Part shown: piece after piece, positions 9,153 through 18,632 of the stretch
Position numbering within the stretch: the first letter of the stretch is position 1
Layout of the letters: every line of letters begins with the position of its first letter
Assembly (NCBI GenBank): GCA_003142255.1
Contig: PLLO01000006.1
Span: forward strand, 211,419 to 275,418
DNA: 64,000 nucleotides
Reading direction: 5' to 3'
Source of the DNA: Bacteroidales bacterium
Lineage (GTDB): Bacteria > Bacteroidota > Bacteroidia > Bacteroidales > VadinHA17
Made by a program: the position numbers and the translations under genes
The notes under the pieces: generated by a model
Database searches by the model: none
What the model was told of the DNA's origin: nothing
What the model saw: the letters and a program-made list of their open reading frames with translations, nothing else

Positions 9153-10040
9153 TCAGTTTTTCTTCTGGCTTTCTTTGAAGAGCGTGTCCTTTTCTTCCCT
9201 TGAGAGACTATCGTATCCTCCTTTGGATATCTTGTCGAGGATATGGTTGATCTTTTCCTGGTGCTCCTTTTTAATTTTATTGTAGTCGTAGTCAGTGACA
9301 GGTTTCTTATATGTCACTTTAAGCTTTTTGCGCGGCCTGAAAAGGGTCGCAAAAAAATCAATAATCCTGTTGATGCCTCTCCCGATATCACGTCCTTTTT
9401 TTAAATTCAGGGTATATAAATATCCGAAAAGAGCACCGCCAATATGCGCCAGTTTTCCACCTGAATTGACAGAAAAATCCATAACTGATGTAAGCACAAA
9501 AATCGCCAGTGCAAGGTATTTAATCTTTATCTTCCCCAGAAGAAAGAGCTGCACTGTATAATCAGGGACATAAGCCGCAATTGCAATGACTATCGCCATA
9601 ACTGATGCTGATGCGCCAATAGCAACCGATTCATTCACTACACCCTTAAAAGCAGGGAAAATGTTGAAACCGAGTATGTATACCACAGCCCCGCAGAGCC
9701 CGCCGAGAATGTAAACCGAAACAAGCTTTCTCTGGTCGAGATACTCAAGGAAAATAATGCCAAACCAGTAGAGCCATAGCATATTGAAAAGGATATGCCA
9801 GATATCCTTATGGGTAAACATATAGGTAAAGAGCGTCCAGGGCCTGCCAGCCAGAGATTTCAGCGAAGCCGGGACAGAGAGCAGATCAAGCGTTTTTGTT
9901 GGGATATCCTGGTTATTCAGAAGGTACCCTATAATTAAGGTAATCGAAATTAAAAGAAATACGGAGGCATTGATATAGATAAGCCTTGTAACGCTGCTCC
10001 CTTTTCTGAATGAAGATTTTATATTGTCAGCCAGTCCCAT
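9153..10040 (-). CDS. rhomboid intramembrane serine protease with soluble C-terminal domain
   Basis: HILFNMLWL, IGASASV (catalytic Ser), AHIGG (catalytic His); C-terminal INHILDKISKGGYDSLS domain. Confidence 0.9.
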   Translation of the reverse strand: MGLADNIKSSFRKGSSVTRLIYINASVFLLISITLIIGYLLNNQDIPTKTLDLLSVPASLKSLAGRPWTLFTYMFTHKDIWHILFNMLWLYWFGIIFLEYLDQRKLVSVYILGGLCGAVVYILGFNIFPAFKGVVNESVAIGASASVMAIVIAIAAYVPDYTVQLFLLGKIKIKYLALAIFVLTSVMDFSVNSGGKLAHIGGALFGYLYTLNLKKGRDIGRGINRIIDFFATLFRPRKKLKVTYKKPVTDYDYNKIKKEHQEKINHILDKISKGGYDSLSREEKDTLFKESQKKN

Positions 10041-10783
10041 CAGTAAAGAGTTGTGGTCGTTTTTTGCCAGTACTTGATGAGGATATAGCCAAAGAGCATT
10101 CCACCGACATGTGCTGCATGTGCTATTGAGCTCCCGGGCTGGGTAACTGCAAGGACGAGTTCAAGTCCGCCATATATCAGTACAAAATATTTGGCTTTTA
10201 TTGGAATCGGCGGGAAAATTATCATGAGCTGTGTATTCGGGAAGAGCATTCCGAAAGCAAGCAGTACTCCGAAAATAGCACCAGATGCTCCCACAGTCGG
10301 AATGTTCAGCAGGAACTGAAGATCCTTCATTGAAGGATCAGTAAACGCTTTTCCTTCCCTCCAATAAGCTGATCCTTCCTTCAATACGAGCTGAAGATTT
10401 TCAGGAGTGAGAGTATGGGCAATTTTACTGTATTCGTAGGCAATAACTGATTCATGAACAAGAGCTGCACCGAATCCGCAAACCAGGTAAAAAATTAAAA
10501 ATCGTTTCGGGCCCCACACATTTTCAAGCATTACTCCGAATATAAATAGCGCATACATGTTGAAGAAGATATGCCAGAAATTGGCATGCATGAACATATG
10601 GCTCAGAAGCTGGACAGGCTTGAAATTATCAGATTTCGGGAAATATAGTCCAAGTATTGCGTTAAGGTCCAGATTAAAGAACTTAGTACCTACCCAATAG
10701 GCAAAAAACATAAGTACATTGATCAGGATGATATTCTTAACCACCGGTGTCAATCCCGCAAATCCTCTTCCGTATCCGTTCAT
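10040..10783 (-). CDS. rhomboid intramembrane serine protease
   Basis: HIFFNM, VGASGA, AHAAHVGG. Confidence 0.9.
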   Translation of the reverse strand: MNGYGRGFAGLTPVVKNIILINVLMFFAYWVGTKFFNLDLNAILGLYFPKSDNFKPVQLLSHMFMHANFWHIFFNMYALFIFGVMLENVWGPKRFLIFYLVCGFGAALVHESVIAYEYSKIAHTLTPENLQLVLKEGSAYWREGKAFTDPSMKDLQFLLNIPTVGASGAIFGVLLAFGMLFPNTQLMIIFPPIPIKAKYFVLIYGGLELVLAVTQPGSSIAHAAHVGGMLFGYILIKYWQKTTTTLY

Positions 10784-10824
10784 CAGTTGATTTTAAATGA
10801 TTTCATTTCCTTCAATTGTCGGGC

Positions 10825-10856
10825 CAAAGCTATTATTTATGAATGAATCCGACAAT
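10825..10856 (-). promoter_or_regulatory. internal promoter for the rhomboid-EEP genes
   Basis: Minus-strand TAGCTTTG (plus 10825-10832) with ATTG 20 nt upstream. Confidence 0.5.
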
Positions 10857-10869
10857 ATGTCATAAAACG

Positions 10870-12678
10870 CTATTTGAATTTTTTATCAATATCCTCCAGA
10901 GTGATGATCATTATTACAGGTTTTCCTTTGGGAGAATAGTTTGGCGATGAGCATGCAAAGAGAATGTCGAAAAGATTCTCCATTTCGCTCTGATCCAGAA
11001 TCTTACCATAAGGAATCGCGGAGGCTCCGGCCATTGCTGAGGCAAGTCTCTCTTTCAGGCCCAATGAAGGATCGGACTCTCTTGTCTTAAATTCATCTAT
11101 TATTATACCAAGCATTTCTGCCGGATCGCTTGTAAGAAATTCTGAAGGACGTCCTTTTATCAGTACTTTATTTTTATCCTGAAAGAGAATATTGAAGCCG
11201 AGCACTCTTATGCCATCTTCAATCTCCTTTAATACAAGTATATCTGCAGGATTCAGCTCGACCGCTATAGGGAATAATTCACTCTGGCTGACCGGTTCGT
11301 TCTTATTGAGGCATTCGAGGAATTTCTCATACAGGACTCTTTCATGGGCCCTTTTCTGGTCAATGAGCATCAACCCTGATTTTACCGGGCAAACTATATA
11401 TTTGTTTTTTACCTGGAAGAATTTTCTTCCTGTCTCACTGATCTTTTCGATAATCCCGTGAGATTCATTTTCTTTTTCAAAGGTAGTATAGAGCTTTTCC
11501 CAGTTTGCGTTGTTTTCACGTTCGAACCTTTCGATGAATCCGGGTTTGCTCATTGATGCTTCATCTCCGTCGAAGGGATTATAGCGCGGATTGATTTCAA
11601 TCCCGGGAGGCTGGGGAAGGGTATCCGATGAGCTCCGGACCGGAATATCGATCAGAGCTTCATCTTCAAAGTCGAGAGACGGAACAATGTTAAATCTTCC
11701 CAGGGCCTCACGAACGGAAGCCATAAGTATCTGCCAGATAGACCTTTCATCCTCGAACTTGATTTCTGTTTTTGTAGGGTGGATGTTTATATCAATTGAT
11801 GCCGGGTCGGTTTCCATGAAGATGAAATATGTCGGAATTACATCTGCAGGCAGTATATTCTGGTACGCCTCTGCTACTGCCTTATGAAAATAGGGATGCT
11901 TCATGAAGCGGTTATTCACAAAGAAAAACTGTTCGCCGTAGGTTCTCCGGGCGCTCTCCGGCTTCCCTATGAACCCTTTCAGGGAGATAAGGGTTGTCTC
12001 CGTTTCAAGAGTTATGAGATCCGGGTTGATCTGTTTCCCGAAAACACCAATGATGCGCTGCCTGTGATTCCCGGAAGGCAGATTATATACTTCAGTATCA
12101 TTATGATGAAGGATGAACCTGATATCTGTATGGGCAATGACTATTTTTTGAAATTCATTTATAATATGCCTCATCTCGGTCGTATCCGATTTCAGGAATT
12201 TTCTTCTTGCAGGCACATTGTAAAAGAGGTTCTTAACTGAAAAGCTTGACCCTTTAGCACAACTGCATGGTTCCTGGGTTTCAACCTTTGATCCATTTAT
12301 GACAATAATTGTTCCTGTCTCATTCTCTTCTTTCCTGGTTCTGAGCTCAACCATGGCCACAGCCGCTATTGATGCGAGTGCTTCGCCACGGAAACCCTTG
12401 GTAATGATGGAAAAGAGATCATTTGCAGTCGAGATCTTTGATGTGGCATGACGCTCAAAAGATAGCCTTGCGTCCGTCTCCGACATTCCATCACCGTCAT
12501 CGACTATCTGTATCAGGGTTTTGCCTGAGTCTTTAATAATTACGCTGATATTCTTGGCTCCGGCATCGACTGCATTCTCCATAAGTTCCTTCACGACCGA
12601 GGCTGGCCGCTGGATGACTTCACCTGCTGCTATCTGGTTGGCAACAGAGTCGGGAAGGAGTTTAATGATATCAGGCAT
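10870..12678 (-). CDS. mutL: DNA mismatch repair protein MutL
   Basis: NQIAAGEVIQRPASVVKELMENAVDAGA, GFRGEAL, NIHPTKTEIKF; start at 12678 (MPDIIKLLP) preferred over 12753 because a -7 box lies at 12709-12716. Confidence 0.96.
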   Translation of the reverse strand: MPDIIKLLPDSVANQIAAGEVIQRPASVVKELMENAVDAGAKNISVIIKDSGKTLIQIVDDGDGMSETDARLSFERHATSKISTANDLFSIITKGFRGEALASIAAVAMVELRTRKEENETGTIIVINGSKVETQEPCSCAKGSSFSVKNLFYNVPARRKFLKSDTTEMRHIINEFQKIVIAHTDIRFILHHNDTEVYNLPSGNHRQRIIGVFGKQINPDLITLETETTLISLKGFIGKPESARRTYGEQFFFVNNRFMKHPYFHKAVAEAYQNILPADVIPTYFIFMETDPASIDINIHPTKTEIKFEDERSIWQILMASVREALGRFNIVPSLDFEDEALIDIPVRSSSDTLPQPPGIEINPRYNPFDGDEASMSKPGFIERFERENNANWEKLYTTFEKENESHGIIEKISETGRKFFQVKNKYIVCPVKSGLMLIDQKRAHERVLYEKFLECLNKNEPVSQSELFPIAVELNPADILVLKEIEDGIRVLGFNILFQDKNKVLIKGRPSEFLTSDPAEMLGIIIDEFKTRESDPSLGLKERLASAMAGASAIPYGKILDQSEMENLFDILFACSSPNYSPKGKPVIMIITLEDIDKKFK

Positions 12679-12708
12679 TTGATTTTTATTCCCAAAATTC
12701 TTCAGCAG

Positions 12709-12716
12709 CAAATATA
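12709..12716 (-). promoter_or_regulatory. -7 box for mutL (TATATTTG)
   Basis: Exact TAnnTTTG on the minus strand 30 nt upstream of ATG 12678. Confidence 0.55.
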
Positions 12717-12784
12717 AAAATAATTCACGGATGAGCTTCGTGCTCTCAAACATTGCCTCTTGGAGACATATAAATCATAATGAC

Positions 12785-12792
12785 TATCTTTG
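12785..12792 (+). promoter_or_regulatory. -7 box (TATCTTTG) for the divergent EEP gene
   Basis: Exact TAnnTTTG just upstream of the CDS. Confidence 0.55.
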
Positions 12793-12809
12793 AATAAAAC
12801 TTGAAGATA

Positions 12810-13676
12810 ATGAAACAGCTTCCATATTATCTTGCCCTGATATTTCTTGTTTTTCTCTTGAGTTGTTCGCATAAAGCAGGAAAAAATACAATAAAAGTGA
12901 TGACTCTGAATATCAGGTATGACAATCCACATGATAGTGCCAATGCATGGCCGAAACGGGCATCCATGGTCTGCAGATTCATTAAAAATGAGAAACCTGA
13001 TGTGTTGGGTATGCAAGAGGTGCTTTTGAACCAGTATGATGTGATACAGACTTATCTCAGGGATTATTTGTCAGTCGGAGTTGGCAGGAGCGATGGTGCC
13101 AAGGATGGAGAGATGAATCCTCTCTTCTTCAGGAAAGACAGATTTGACCTGGCTAGAACCAAAACATTCTGGCTCTCCGGGAAACCTGATTCAGCCGGTT
13201 CAATGGACTGGGACTCTTCATTGCCAAGGATTGTTACATGGATTGAGCTGGTGGATAAAAAAAGCCATGATCATTTTTATTTCTTTAATACTCACTTTGC
13301 GCACGATTCCGATTCAGCCAGAACGATGAGCGCAAGATTGCTCTTATTTAAGGTTGACAGTATAGCTTCAGGTTTTCCGTTTATTATTACCGGCGATTTC
13401 AATATGCTTCCTTCTGAAAAGGGATATGGCATTCTTACAGGTCCGGCTGAAAGTGTTCCTCTGCTAAGCGACAGTTATCTTATTTCAGAAAAGAAACCAG
13501 GAGGCCCGGCTTACACTTTTAACGGATTTTCTGATAAGCCCGGATCCGGAAGAATAGATTACATCTTTGTCAGAAACGGAATGAAAGTACTGGAACAGAA
13601 CACAATTGCAAAGAAAGAAAGGAAGCTTTTTATTTCCGATCACTGGCCGGTTGAAGCCATCATCTCTACAAAATGA
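12810..13676 (+). CDS. EEP family phosphatase/nuclease lipoprotein
   Basis: Lipobox FLLSC; VMTLNIR, LGMQE, TGDFN, IDYIF, ISDHWP; ATG 12810 preferred over TTG 12801. Confidence 0.88.
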   Translation: MKQLPYYLALIFLVFLLSCSHKAGKNTIKVMTLNIRYDNPHDSANAWPKRASMVCRFIKNEKPDVLGMQEVLLNQYDVIQTYLRDYLSVGVGRSDGAKDGEMNPLFFRKDRFDLARTKTFWLSGKPDSAGSMDWDSSLPRIVTWIELVDKKSHDHFYFFNTHFAHDSDSARTMSARLLLFKVDSIASGFPFIITGDFNMLPSEKGYGILTGPAESVPLLSDSYLISEKKPGGPAYTFNGFSDKPGSGRIDYIFVRNGMKVLEQNTIAKKERKLFISDHWPVEAIISTK

Positions 13677-13701
13677 TATAACCTTTCGGCTTTATGAACT
13701 T

Positions 13702-14820
13702 TCATGCTGTCTTCCTGTAGCGGTTTACGGCAAGTGAGGTGAATACAATCGCAATCACCACCAATGAATAAAGATCGTGGCTGATATCATGAATAGTTGA
13801 TCCTTTCAGCATTACCATCCTGTTGATGCGCATCAGGTAGGCTACCGGGTTTATAACATCAATCTTCTGCGCCCAGTCAGGCATGCTTTCAAGAGGCGTA
13901 AATACACCGCTCATCAGTATAAAGATTATCATGCAGAAGAAGCCTAAAAACATATATTGCTGCTGAGTGGATGAGAATGTGGAAATGAAAAGGGCAAGTC
14001 CCAGAACAGCTATCAGGAACAGGGTCGCACTGAGGAATAACAATGCAATGCTTCCTTCGAAAGGGATATTGAATGCGAGCTTTCCCATGATCATTCCAAT
14101 AGCCAGATCAACAAGGCCAATCAACAGGAAGGGAACCATTTTTGCAATTATAAAATGATACCGCCTGACCGGGGTGACGTTTATCTGCTCAATTGTTCCG
14201 ACCTCTTTCTCTCTTACCATATTCAACCCTGCAAGTATAAAACCGATGGCAGTAACAAGTATCACCAGGATGCCCGGAAGCATGTAATATTTGTAATTAA
14301 GCATCTCATTGTACCAGTACCTGTTTGTAACGCTTATTATCGGGGGAGATGACACTGTATTAATATTGATGTTCTCACGGATAAGATCCATGTTGTAGTC
14401 GCGGATCACCCCGTTCAGATATGCCCATGTCAGCTGTGCCGATGAGGCATTTATTGCATTTATCGAAGCAAGCAGCCTTCCCGGTTTTCCGGTAATTATC
14501 TCCTTGCCAAACCCTGACGGGAACTGTAGTACCAGGTCACATTTGCCTTTGAGGAGCAGATTATTTGCCTCTTCTTCGGATGGAGTTGAATAATTGACCT
14601 TAAAGAATGATGAACCCTCCAGCCTGCTTATCAAACCCCTTGACTCAGGCGTCATGTCCCTGTCGATAATACAAAGCCTTACATTCCTGATCTCGAAAGT
14701 GACTGCCGGGACGAGTATAAGCATCTGAACAATGGGGACAGCAAAAATTGCCTTCCCGATAAACTTATTCCGGAAGATCTGGATGAACTCTTTTCTGATA
14801 AGATATAATATTGTCCTCAT
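13702..14820 (-). CDS. ABC-2 type transporter permease (YbhR-like)
   Basis: REKEVGTIEQINVTP motif, periplasmic loop plus TM bundle; within the ABC operon. Confidence 0.9.
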   Translation of the reverse strand: MRTILYLIRKEFIQIFRNKFIGKAIFAVPIVQMLILVPAVTFEIRNVRLCIIDRDMTPESRGLISRLEGSSFFKVNYSTPSEEEANNLLLKGKCDLVLQFPSGFGKEIITGKPGRLLASINAINASSAQLTWAYLNGVIRDYNMDLIRENININTVSSPPIISVTNRYWYNEMLNYKYYMLPGILVILVTAIGFILAGLNMVREKEVGTIEQINVTPVRRYHFIIAKMVPFLLIGLVDLAIGMIMGKLAFNIPFEGSIALLFLSATLFLIAVLGLALFISTFSSTQQQYMFLGFFCMIIFILMSGVFTPLESMPDWAQKIDVINPVAYLMRINRMVMLKGSTIHDISHDLYSLVVIAIVFTSLAVNRYRKTA

Positions 14821-14848
14821 CTGCTTCTGATTTCGTCTTTACCCCTTT

Positions 14849-15958
14849 CTACTCCAACCTTATCTTAAAATTCCTCACACTCAGGCCTATAAAAATCAAA
14901 GTCATCACCACAAGCACCAGGGTCTCTTTCCAGACATAGAAGAAGCCGGTTCCCTTTATCATAATGCTTTTAATGATTATTATAAAATATCGCGGCGGGA
15001 TAATGGTGCAGAGCCAGCGATATACTGCAGGCATGTTTTCAACAGGAAAGATAAAGCCTGAAAGGAGAATGGTAGGCAGCATCAGTCCGATAAGAGAGAT
15101 AAAGATAGCCTGCTGCATAGTTTTGGAAACCGTGGATATCAGGATTCCAAGGGAAAGGCTCATGAGAATGTAGAGCATGCTTTCAGCAAGAAGCAATGCA
15201 ATACTTCCCTTAACCGGCAGTCCAAAAACAAACCATGATAAGATAAGTATCACAATTACATTTATCAGGGAGAGGATAAAATATGGCATTACCTTTCCGA
15301 GAATGATCTGGAGAGGTTTCAGGGGCGATACAAGCAAGACCTCCATTGTGCCGAACTCTTTTTCGCGGGTAATGGTTACCGATGTCATCAGGGCGCAGAT
15401 CAATATAAGTATCAGCGTTATAACACCAGGAACGAACATGAAATGGCCCTTAAGCTCAGGGTTATAGAACATTCTGACTTCCGGAGTAATCAATGAGCCT
15501 GAACCTGCTGAATTCCCTGCTATTTCCCTGTTGAAATCAACGGTGATTGCCATTATGTAATTTGTGACCAGAGTTGCTGTATTTGGTTCCGATCCGTCAG
15601 CTATGATGCTCATTGAAGCTTTCCCTTTTTCAAGCAGGTTCCTGCCGAAATTATCCTCATAAACAATTATAGCCTTTGTTTTGCCTTTTTTCAGTACTTT
15701 ATCTATATCATTATAGGTGAGAAGGTTATCTGTCTGCCGAAAAAAGCCTGAAGAGATAATTCTATCTGTAAGTTTCTGTGTCACTTCATCTTTTGAAAGA
15801 TCAAGAAAAGCTACACCTGCATTTCTTATATCCTGGCTGACAACAAAACCGAATAATAATATCTGTACGGCAGGTATCCCGAACAACAGGAATAAAGTGC
15901 GGGGATCCCTGAAAATATGCAGGAACTCTTTCTTTACAAAGCCGAGAAATCGCTTCAT
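14849..15958 (-). CDS. ABC-2 type transporter permease (YbhS-like)
   Basis: REKEFGTMEVLLVSP motif; ATG at 15958 (MKRFLGFVKKEF) preferred over 15994. Confidence 0.9.
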   Translation of the reverse strand: MKRFLGFVKKEFLHIFRDPRTLFLLFGIPAVQILLFGFVVSQDIRNAGVAFLDLSKDEVTQKLTDRIISSGFFRQTDNLLTYNDIDKVLKKGKTKAIIVYEDNFGRNLLEKGKASMSIIADGSEPNTATLVTNYIMAITVDFNREIAGNSAGSGSLITPEVRMFYNPELKGHFMFVPGVITLILILICALMTSVTITREKEFGTMEVLLVSPLKPLQIILGKVMPYFILSLINVIVILILSWFVFGLPVKGSIALLLAESMLYILMSLSLGILISTVSKTMQQAIFISLIGLMLPTILLSGFIFPVENMPAVYRWLCTIIPPRYFIIIIKSIMIKGTGFFYVWKETLVLVVMTLIFIGLSVRNFKIRLE

Positions 15959-16005
15959 TGATTGTTGGTTAAAAACTTTAATCTTTCCAATCACTCCATT
16001 AATCT

Positions 16006-16076
16006 GCCCCCAACCCCCTAAAGGGGGCTATTAATTTCTTCTTTCTTAGCCCCCCTTCAGGGGGGATGGGGGGCTA
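16006..16076. repeat. pair of inverted C/G-run palindromic repeats
   Basis: GCCCCCAACCCCCTAAAGGGGGCTA (16006-16030) and inverted TAGCCCCCCTTCAGGGGGGATGGGGGGC (16047-16074). Confidence 0.75.
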
Positions 16077-16801
16077 TCAGGTCTTGCTATTTTAATAAAC
16101 ACTTCTTCAACCGTTTCAGCATTGTATTGTTTTTTAAGGTTTGCGGGAGTGTCAAGTGCGACGATTTTTCCATCGCTCATTATCGATATCCTGTCGCAGT
16201 ACTCTGCCTCATCCATATAATGCGTTGTCACGAATACAGTTATTCCTCTTGATGCAGCTTCATAAATCATTTCCCAGAACTGGCGCCGTGTGACCGGATC
16301 GACACCCCCCGTAGGCTCATCAAGGAACACTATCTTTGGTTCATGCAGGACTGCAACGGAGAAGGCAAGCTTCTGCTTCATCCCAAGAGGCAGATCGGAT
16401 ATGAGTTTATTTTCATAATCACTAAAATTCAGTTTTTCCATAAGCTCTGCGGTTCTCTTTTTTATCAGTGGAAGGCTCATTCCATAAATTCCCCCGTAAA
16501 GCATAGTGTTCTCTTTTACCGTAAGATCCTCGTAAAGGGAAAATTTCTGACACATATAACCGATATTCTTTTTAATTTTTTCGGGCTCCTTTTTTGCATC
16601 ATACCCTGCAACCATCACTTCACCTGAAGTAGGAGACGACAATCCTGACAGGATCCTGAGAGCGGTGGTCTTCCCCGCACCATTAGCCCCAAGGAATCCG
16701 AAGATCTCTCCGGAGTAAACCTCAAAACTCAGGTTATCGTTGGCAACGAAATCTCCGAACTTCTTTACCAGGTTGCGAACCGATATTACAATGTCGTTCA
16801 T
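16046..16801 (-). CDS. ABC transporter ATP-binding protein (second NBD of a split YbhF-like ATPase)
   Basis: Walker A GANGAGKT, degenerate signature LPLGMKQ, Walker B VFLDEPT. Confidence 0.92.
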   Translation of the reverse strand: MNDIVISVRNLVKKFGDFVANDNLSFEVYSGEIFGFLGANGAGKTTALRILSGLSSPTSGEVMVAGYDAKKEPEKIKKNIGYMCQKFSLYEDLTVKENTMLYGGIYGMSLPLIKKRTAELMEKLNFSDYENKLISDLPLGMKQKLAFSVAVLHEPKIVFLDEPTGGVDPVTRRQFWEMIYEAASRGITVFVTTHYMDEAEYCDRISIMSDGKIVALDTPANLKKQYNAETVEEVFIKIARPDSPPSPLKGG

Positions 16802-16810
16802 TCTGCCTCT

Positions 16811-17725
16811 TTATGCTGTTTTCTCCATTAATTCAAGAAACCTGTCCTCAATACCTGCACCAGATTCTTCAATAGTTACTCCGGGAATCCCTTCTGATTC
16901 AAGAAAACCCGGAAGCGAATCGCCAGGGGCGTTATCGATAAATGTGACATGTATTGAATCTCCAAATGGGTAAGCAGTATTTGTATTGGGATATTTCCTA
17001 AGCGCAATTATAAGCTTGTATTTGTCTTGTGCCCGGATCCTATAAAGCCTCTTGCTGAATCCTTCCCTGATCTTTTGCGGAGTATCAATTGATAATATCC
17101 TTCCATTCTGAATGAGGGCCACCCTGTCGCATTTCATTGCCTCATCCATATAAGGGGTTGATACAATTATAGTTATGTTGTATTTTCTGAGTTTTGCAAG
17201 CATACTCCAGAATTCGGATCTTGATACCGCATCCACTCCGGTGGTAGGCTCATCAAGAACAAGCAGCCTTGGTTTATGGATAAGCGCGCAGGACAAGGCA
17301 AGCTTCTGCTTCATCCCTCCGGACAATTTACCTGCCAGACGTTTTTTAAAGGGTTCGATATGTGAATATATATCGGAGATCAGATCGTAGTTCTCCTGCA
17401 CGGTAGTTCCGAAGACAGTGGCGTAGAAATTCAGATTTTCCTCGACAGAGAGATCCTGATACAGACTGAATCTTCCCGGCATATATCCAATATTACTTCT
17501 GAGCTCCTTAAAGCCTGTTGTTGCATCAAGCCCTAAAACTTTCATTTCCCCCTCATTGGGAAGCAAGAGCGTTGCAATGATCCTGAAAAGAGTCGTTTTT
17601 CCGGCTCCATCCGGGCCAATGAAACCGAATATTTCCGATTCATTTACCTCGAACGAGATGTCATTCAGAGCTTGTGTTGCTCCGAATTTCTTTCCGACTC
17701 CGAAGGATTCAATTACTTTTTGCAT
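16811..17725 (-). CDS. ABC transporter ATP-binding protein
   Basis: GPDGAGKT, LSGGMKQ, LVLDEPT. Confidence 0.92.
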   Translation of the reverse strand: MQKVIESFGVGKKFGATQALNDISFEVNESEIFGFIGPDGAGKTTLFRIIATLLLPNEGEMKVLGLDATTGFKELRSNIGYMPGRFSLYQDLSVEENLNFYATVFGTTVQENYDLISDIYSHIEPFKKRLAGKLSGGMKQKLALSCALIHKPRLLVLDEPTTGVDAVSRSEFWSMLAKLRKYNITIIVSTPYMDEAMKCDRVALIQNGRILSIDTPQKIREGFSKRLYRIRAQDKYKLIIALRKYPNTNTAYPFGDSIHVTFIDNAPGDSLPGFLESEGIPGVTIEESGAGIEDRFLELMEKTA

Positions 17726-17736
17726 TTCTGCTTTTA

Positions 17737-18615
17737 TCAGAATATTGCTTCTCCGGGCATTCCTGACTTCAGTGTGCCGTCATTTTTAACATCTATCGTA
17801 ACGGCATATACGAATGTTACGCGCTCTTCCTTTGTCTGGATGATCTTTGGCGTGAATTCTGCCTTGCCTGAAATATAGCTGATAGTTCCCCCGAAAGTAT
17901 TGTATCCCTTCCTGCCGTTGTCAGTCCTGACTTTACACTGCTGTCCAAGCTTAAGGGAGCCAATCTGGGCACCGCTAACATATACTTTCAGTTTGACCAT
18001 AGAAAGGTCGGCTATTTTAACTAGTGGTTTGCCTGCAGCTGTCATCTCCCCGGCCTCGGAATATTTTTCAATTACAGTTCCCTTCAGTGGACTTTTTACA
18101 CTGCTCCTGTAGATCTGCTCGTTCAGAGTAGCTTCTTTCGACTGGTAAACTGACAATTCAGCTGCAACCGAGACCTTCTGGGTGTTGTTGGCTGCAATCT
18201 GTTTTTGGAGTACTGCTGTCTGGCCTGTAAGATCATCATACTGTTTCTTTGTTGCCGCATCATCCTTAAGCATGTTTTCAATCCTGGCAATATTGACATT
18301 CAGGTTCGTTATCTGCTGATCGAGGATGTCATTCTGGGCATTTATTGAACCAATACGTGAAGTAACACTCCTCATCCCGGCATTAATTTCTGCTTTCTGA
18401 AGATGGAACAGGGTAGTATCGATCAGGGCTATTTCGGCGCCTTTTTCAATTTCTGTTCCTTCAGCAGGATTGAACTGAAGGATCCGGCCGCTGGTCTCTG
18501 CTGAAACAATGACCTCGGTAGCCTCGAAGTTCCCGTATGCATCGGGCTGGTCAGATTTGTTTTTGCAGCCGGCGGAAAACAAGATTGCAATGATAATTAA
18601 TGTTTTGTATTTCAT
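17737..18615 (-). CDS. HlyD family periplasmic adaptor (YbhG-like) lipoprotein
   Basis: Lipobox FSAGC; YGNFEATEVIVSAE; AEFTPKIIQTKEER; LKSGMPGE. Confidence 0.9.
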   Translation of the reverse strand: MKYKTLIIIAILFSAGCKNKSDQPDAYGNFEATEVIVSAETSGRILQFNPAEGTEIEKGAEIALIDTTLFHLQKAEINAGMRSVTSRIGSINAQNDILDQQITNLNVNIARIENMLKDDAATKKQYDDLTGQTAVLQKQIAANNTQKVSVAAELSVYQSKEATLNEQIYRSSVKSPLKGTVIEKYSEAGEMTAAGKPLVKIADLSMVKLKVYVSGAQIGSLKLGQQCKVRTDNGRKGYNTFGGTISYISGKAEFTPKIIQTKEERVTFVYAVTIDVKNDGTLKSGMPGEAIF

Positions 18616-18632
18616 ATACTTACAATATATTG

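Noticed and set aside
12679-12753. Longer mutL start in the ORF track
   Set aside because: Overlaps the -7 box at 12709-12716; MutL homology begins at MPDIIKLLP
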